Shown here piece after piece: positions 63,022 through 64,000 of a stretch of 64,000 nt of DNA. The translations under genes and the position numbers were made by a program. The stretch spans positions 74,806 through 138,805 of the forward strand of contig CAVSKC010000002.1 in assembly GCA_963728425.1 (NCBI GenBank). The letters run 5' to 3'. Positions within the stretch are counted from its first letter, which is position 1; each line of letters begins with the position of its first letter. The stretch comes from an uncultured Actinomycetota bacterium. Lineage in GTDB: Bacteria > Actinomycetota > Actinomycetes > JACCUZ01. Under the pieces are notes generated by a model, which did not search any database, was not told the origin of the DNA, and worked only from the letters and a program-made list of their open reading frames with translations.

Positions 63022-63162
63022 CCGCGTTGATCATGCAGTTTTGGTGATCCCCAGAGTTGCATGATCAACGCGGACTTGTGGGGGCGTGACCTGCGGGAAC
63101 GCACAAGATCCCCAAAAGTGCATGATCAACTGCAGGTTGATCATGCACTTTTGGGGATCTTG
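63022..63162. repeat. Cluster of four family-2 units forming two palindromes
   Basis: P1 at 63022-63073 is imperfect, with tail-to-tail units. P2 at 63104-63162 has perfect 27-bp arms: CAAGATCCCCAAAAGTGCATGATCAAC tgcag GTTGATCATGCACTTTTGGGGATCTTG. Confidence 0.9.
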
Positions 63163-63192
63163 GTCAGGCGCTGCTGTGGCACATTCGAGGAC

Positions 63193-64000
63193 GTGCCCAC
63201 TGTCCACAGCTTCGACGACCTCGAGCTGGACACCGCGCTGTTCGAGCTGCGCCGACGACGGCGCCAAGGTCCCGCTGGAACCGCAGGCCTTCGACGTCCT
63301 CGTGTACCTGGTCTCGCACCGGGACCGGGTGGTGCCAAAGGAAGAGCTCATGGACGCCATCTGGGGCGGCCGCTTCGTCACCGAAACGGCCGTCACCAGC
63401 CGGATCAAGCAGGTGCGTCGGGCGGTCGGCGACGACGGCCAGTCCCAGCGGGTGATCCAGACCGTGCACGGCCGCGGCTACCGGTTCGTCGCACCCGTGC
63501 GGTCCGGCACCACGGGGGCCGAGTCGCCGGATCGGCCGATCGGGCCGATCGGCCCGATCCGGTACACGACCAGCGACGGGCTGCACATCGCCTACCAGGT
63601 CAGCGGCCGGACCGACGGGGTCGGGCCCGACGTCGTGCTGATCTCCGGCTTCGCCTCCCACCTCGAGCTCGACTGGGCGGACCCGCACCACGCGCACTTC
63701 CTGCACCGGCTGGGGTCGATGGGCCGGCTGATCCGCTTCGACAAGCGGGGCAGCGGGATGTCGGACCGGCCGCCCGGCGTGCCCGACCTCGAGACCCGGA
63801 TCCGCGACGTGCTGGCCGTCATGGATGTGGTCGGCTCGCAGCGTGCGCTGCTCTTCGGCTACTCCGAGGGGGGTCCGATGGCCGTGCTGATGGCCGCCAC
63901 CCACCCGGAACGGGTCGCTTCGCTGGTGCTGTACGCCGTGTATGCGAAGCGGCTGTGGTCGGAGGACTACCCGTGGGCGCAGACCCCCGAGGAGCGGGAG
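63193..64000 (+). pseudogene. OmpR/PhoB-type winged-helix domain fused to alpha/beta hydrolase (continues beyond the window); one frameshift near 63255
   Basis: Open-ended, so not in the ORF track. FDDLELDTALFELRR | DGAKVPLEPQAFDVLVYLVSHRDRVVPKEELMDAIWGGRFVTETAVTSRIKQVRRAVGDD...TVHGRGYRF. Then IAYQVSG...VVLISGF...FDKRGSGMSD...LFGYSEGGPMAV. The start is uncertain. Confidence 0.7.

Noticed and set aside
63525-63560. Triple CCGATCGG(G) near-palindromic run.
   Set aside because: It lies inside the reading frame and encodes the linker PDRPIGPIGPIR between the winged-helix and hydrolase domains. It is most simply coding repetition.
1-64000. A search for transposases, integrases, phage genes, rRNA and CRISPR-cas.
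   Set aside because: None of the translated ORFs shows DDE, tyrosine- or serine-recombinase, capsid or terminase, or Cas signatures. No rRNA-like conserved stretches were seen.

Overview
This is a very GC-rich segment (about 70% by eye) of actinobacterial-type chromosome, densely coded on both strands. I saw no rRNA, CRISPR array, transposase or integrase.

Recognisable content, in order:
- A stressosome-type operon on the minus strand at 348-3039: ECF sigma, RsbT, RsbR, RsbS and a lone RsbU-N-like protein.
- tRNA-Lys with an abutting HNH endonuclease gene.
- Two ArsR-controlled operons, one of them arsR-aquaglyceroporin-arsC.
- A YciI plus sigma-factor pair.
- An unlisted 40-codon secreted pro-peptide ORF, divergent from an HTH+TPR regulator and a membrane protein (12750-15256).
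- A Mo-oxidoreductase/FNR/DUF6510 operon.
- A PAS hybrid histidine kinase.
- A T7SS-type polymorphic toxin cassette (19303-21762).
- A TreS-like amylase, a GGDEF-EAL protein and a LigD PE-Pol protein.
- tRNA-Glu/Asp/Phe followed by a 5.2 kb islet that ends in a degenerate tRNA-Phe copy.
- rocD, a 1040-aa M14 peptidase and an L,D-transpeptidase.
- MazG-recC-(2 genes)-recB-recD.
- A VapBC-like pair, a TetR/cupin pair and an MscS channel.

Non-coding structure:
- Family 1 is a 67-bp hairpin element with three copies, two of which flank a 2.3 kb segment.
- Family 2 is a 26-50-bp TGATCA-containing palindromic element with five units.
- An array of five AGCGGACCGGCT motifs forms two long hairpins.
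- Several operator-like palindromes lie in divergent promoter regions.

The most striking global property is roughly 45 single-base frame disruptions (my manual count). They are concentrated in particular genes, while 3 kb ORFs elsewhere are intact. From sequence alone I cannot tell assembly error from real gene decay.

The best novelty candidates are the peptide/HTH-TPR cassette and the sigma-linked stressosome.
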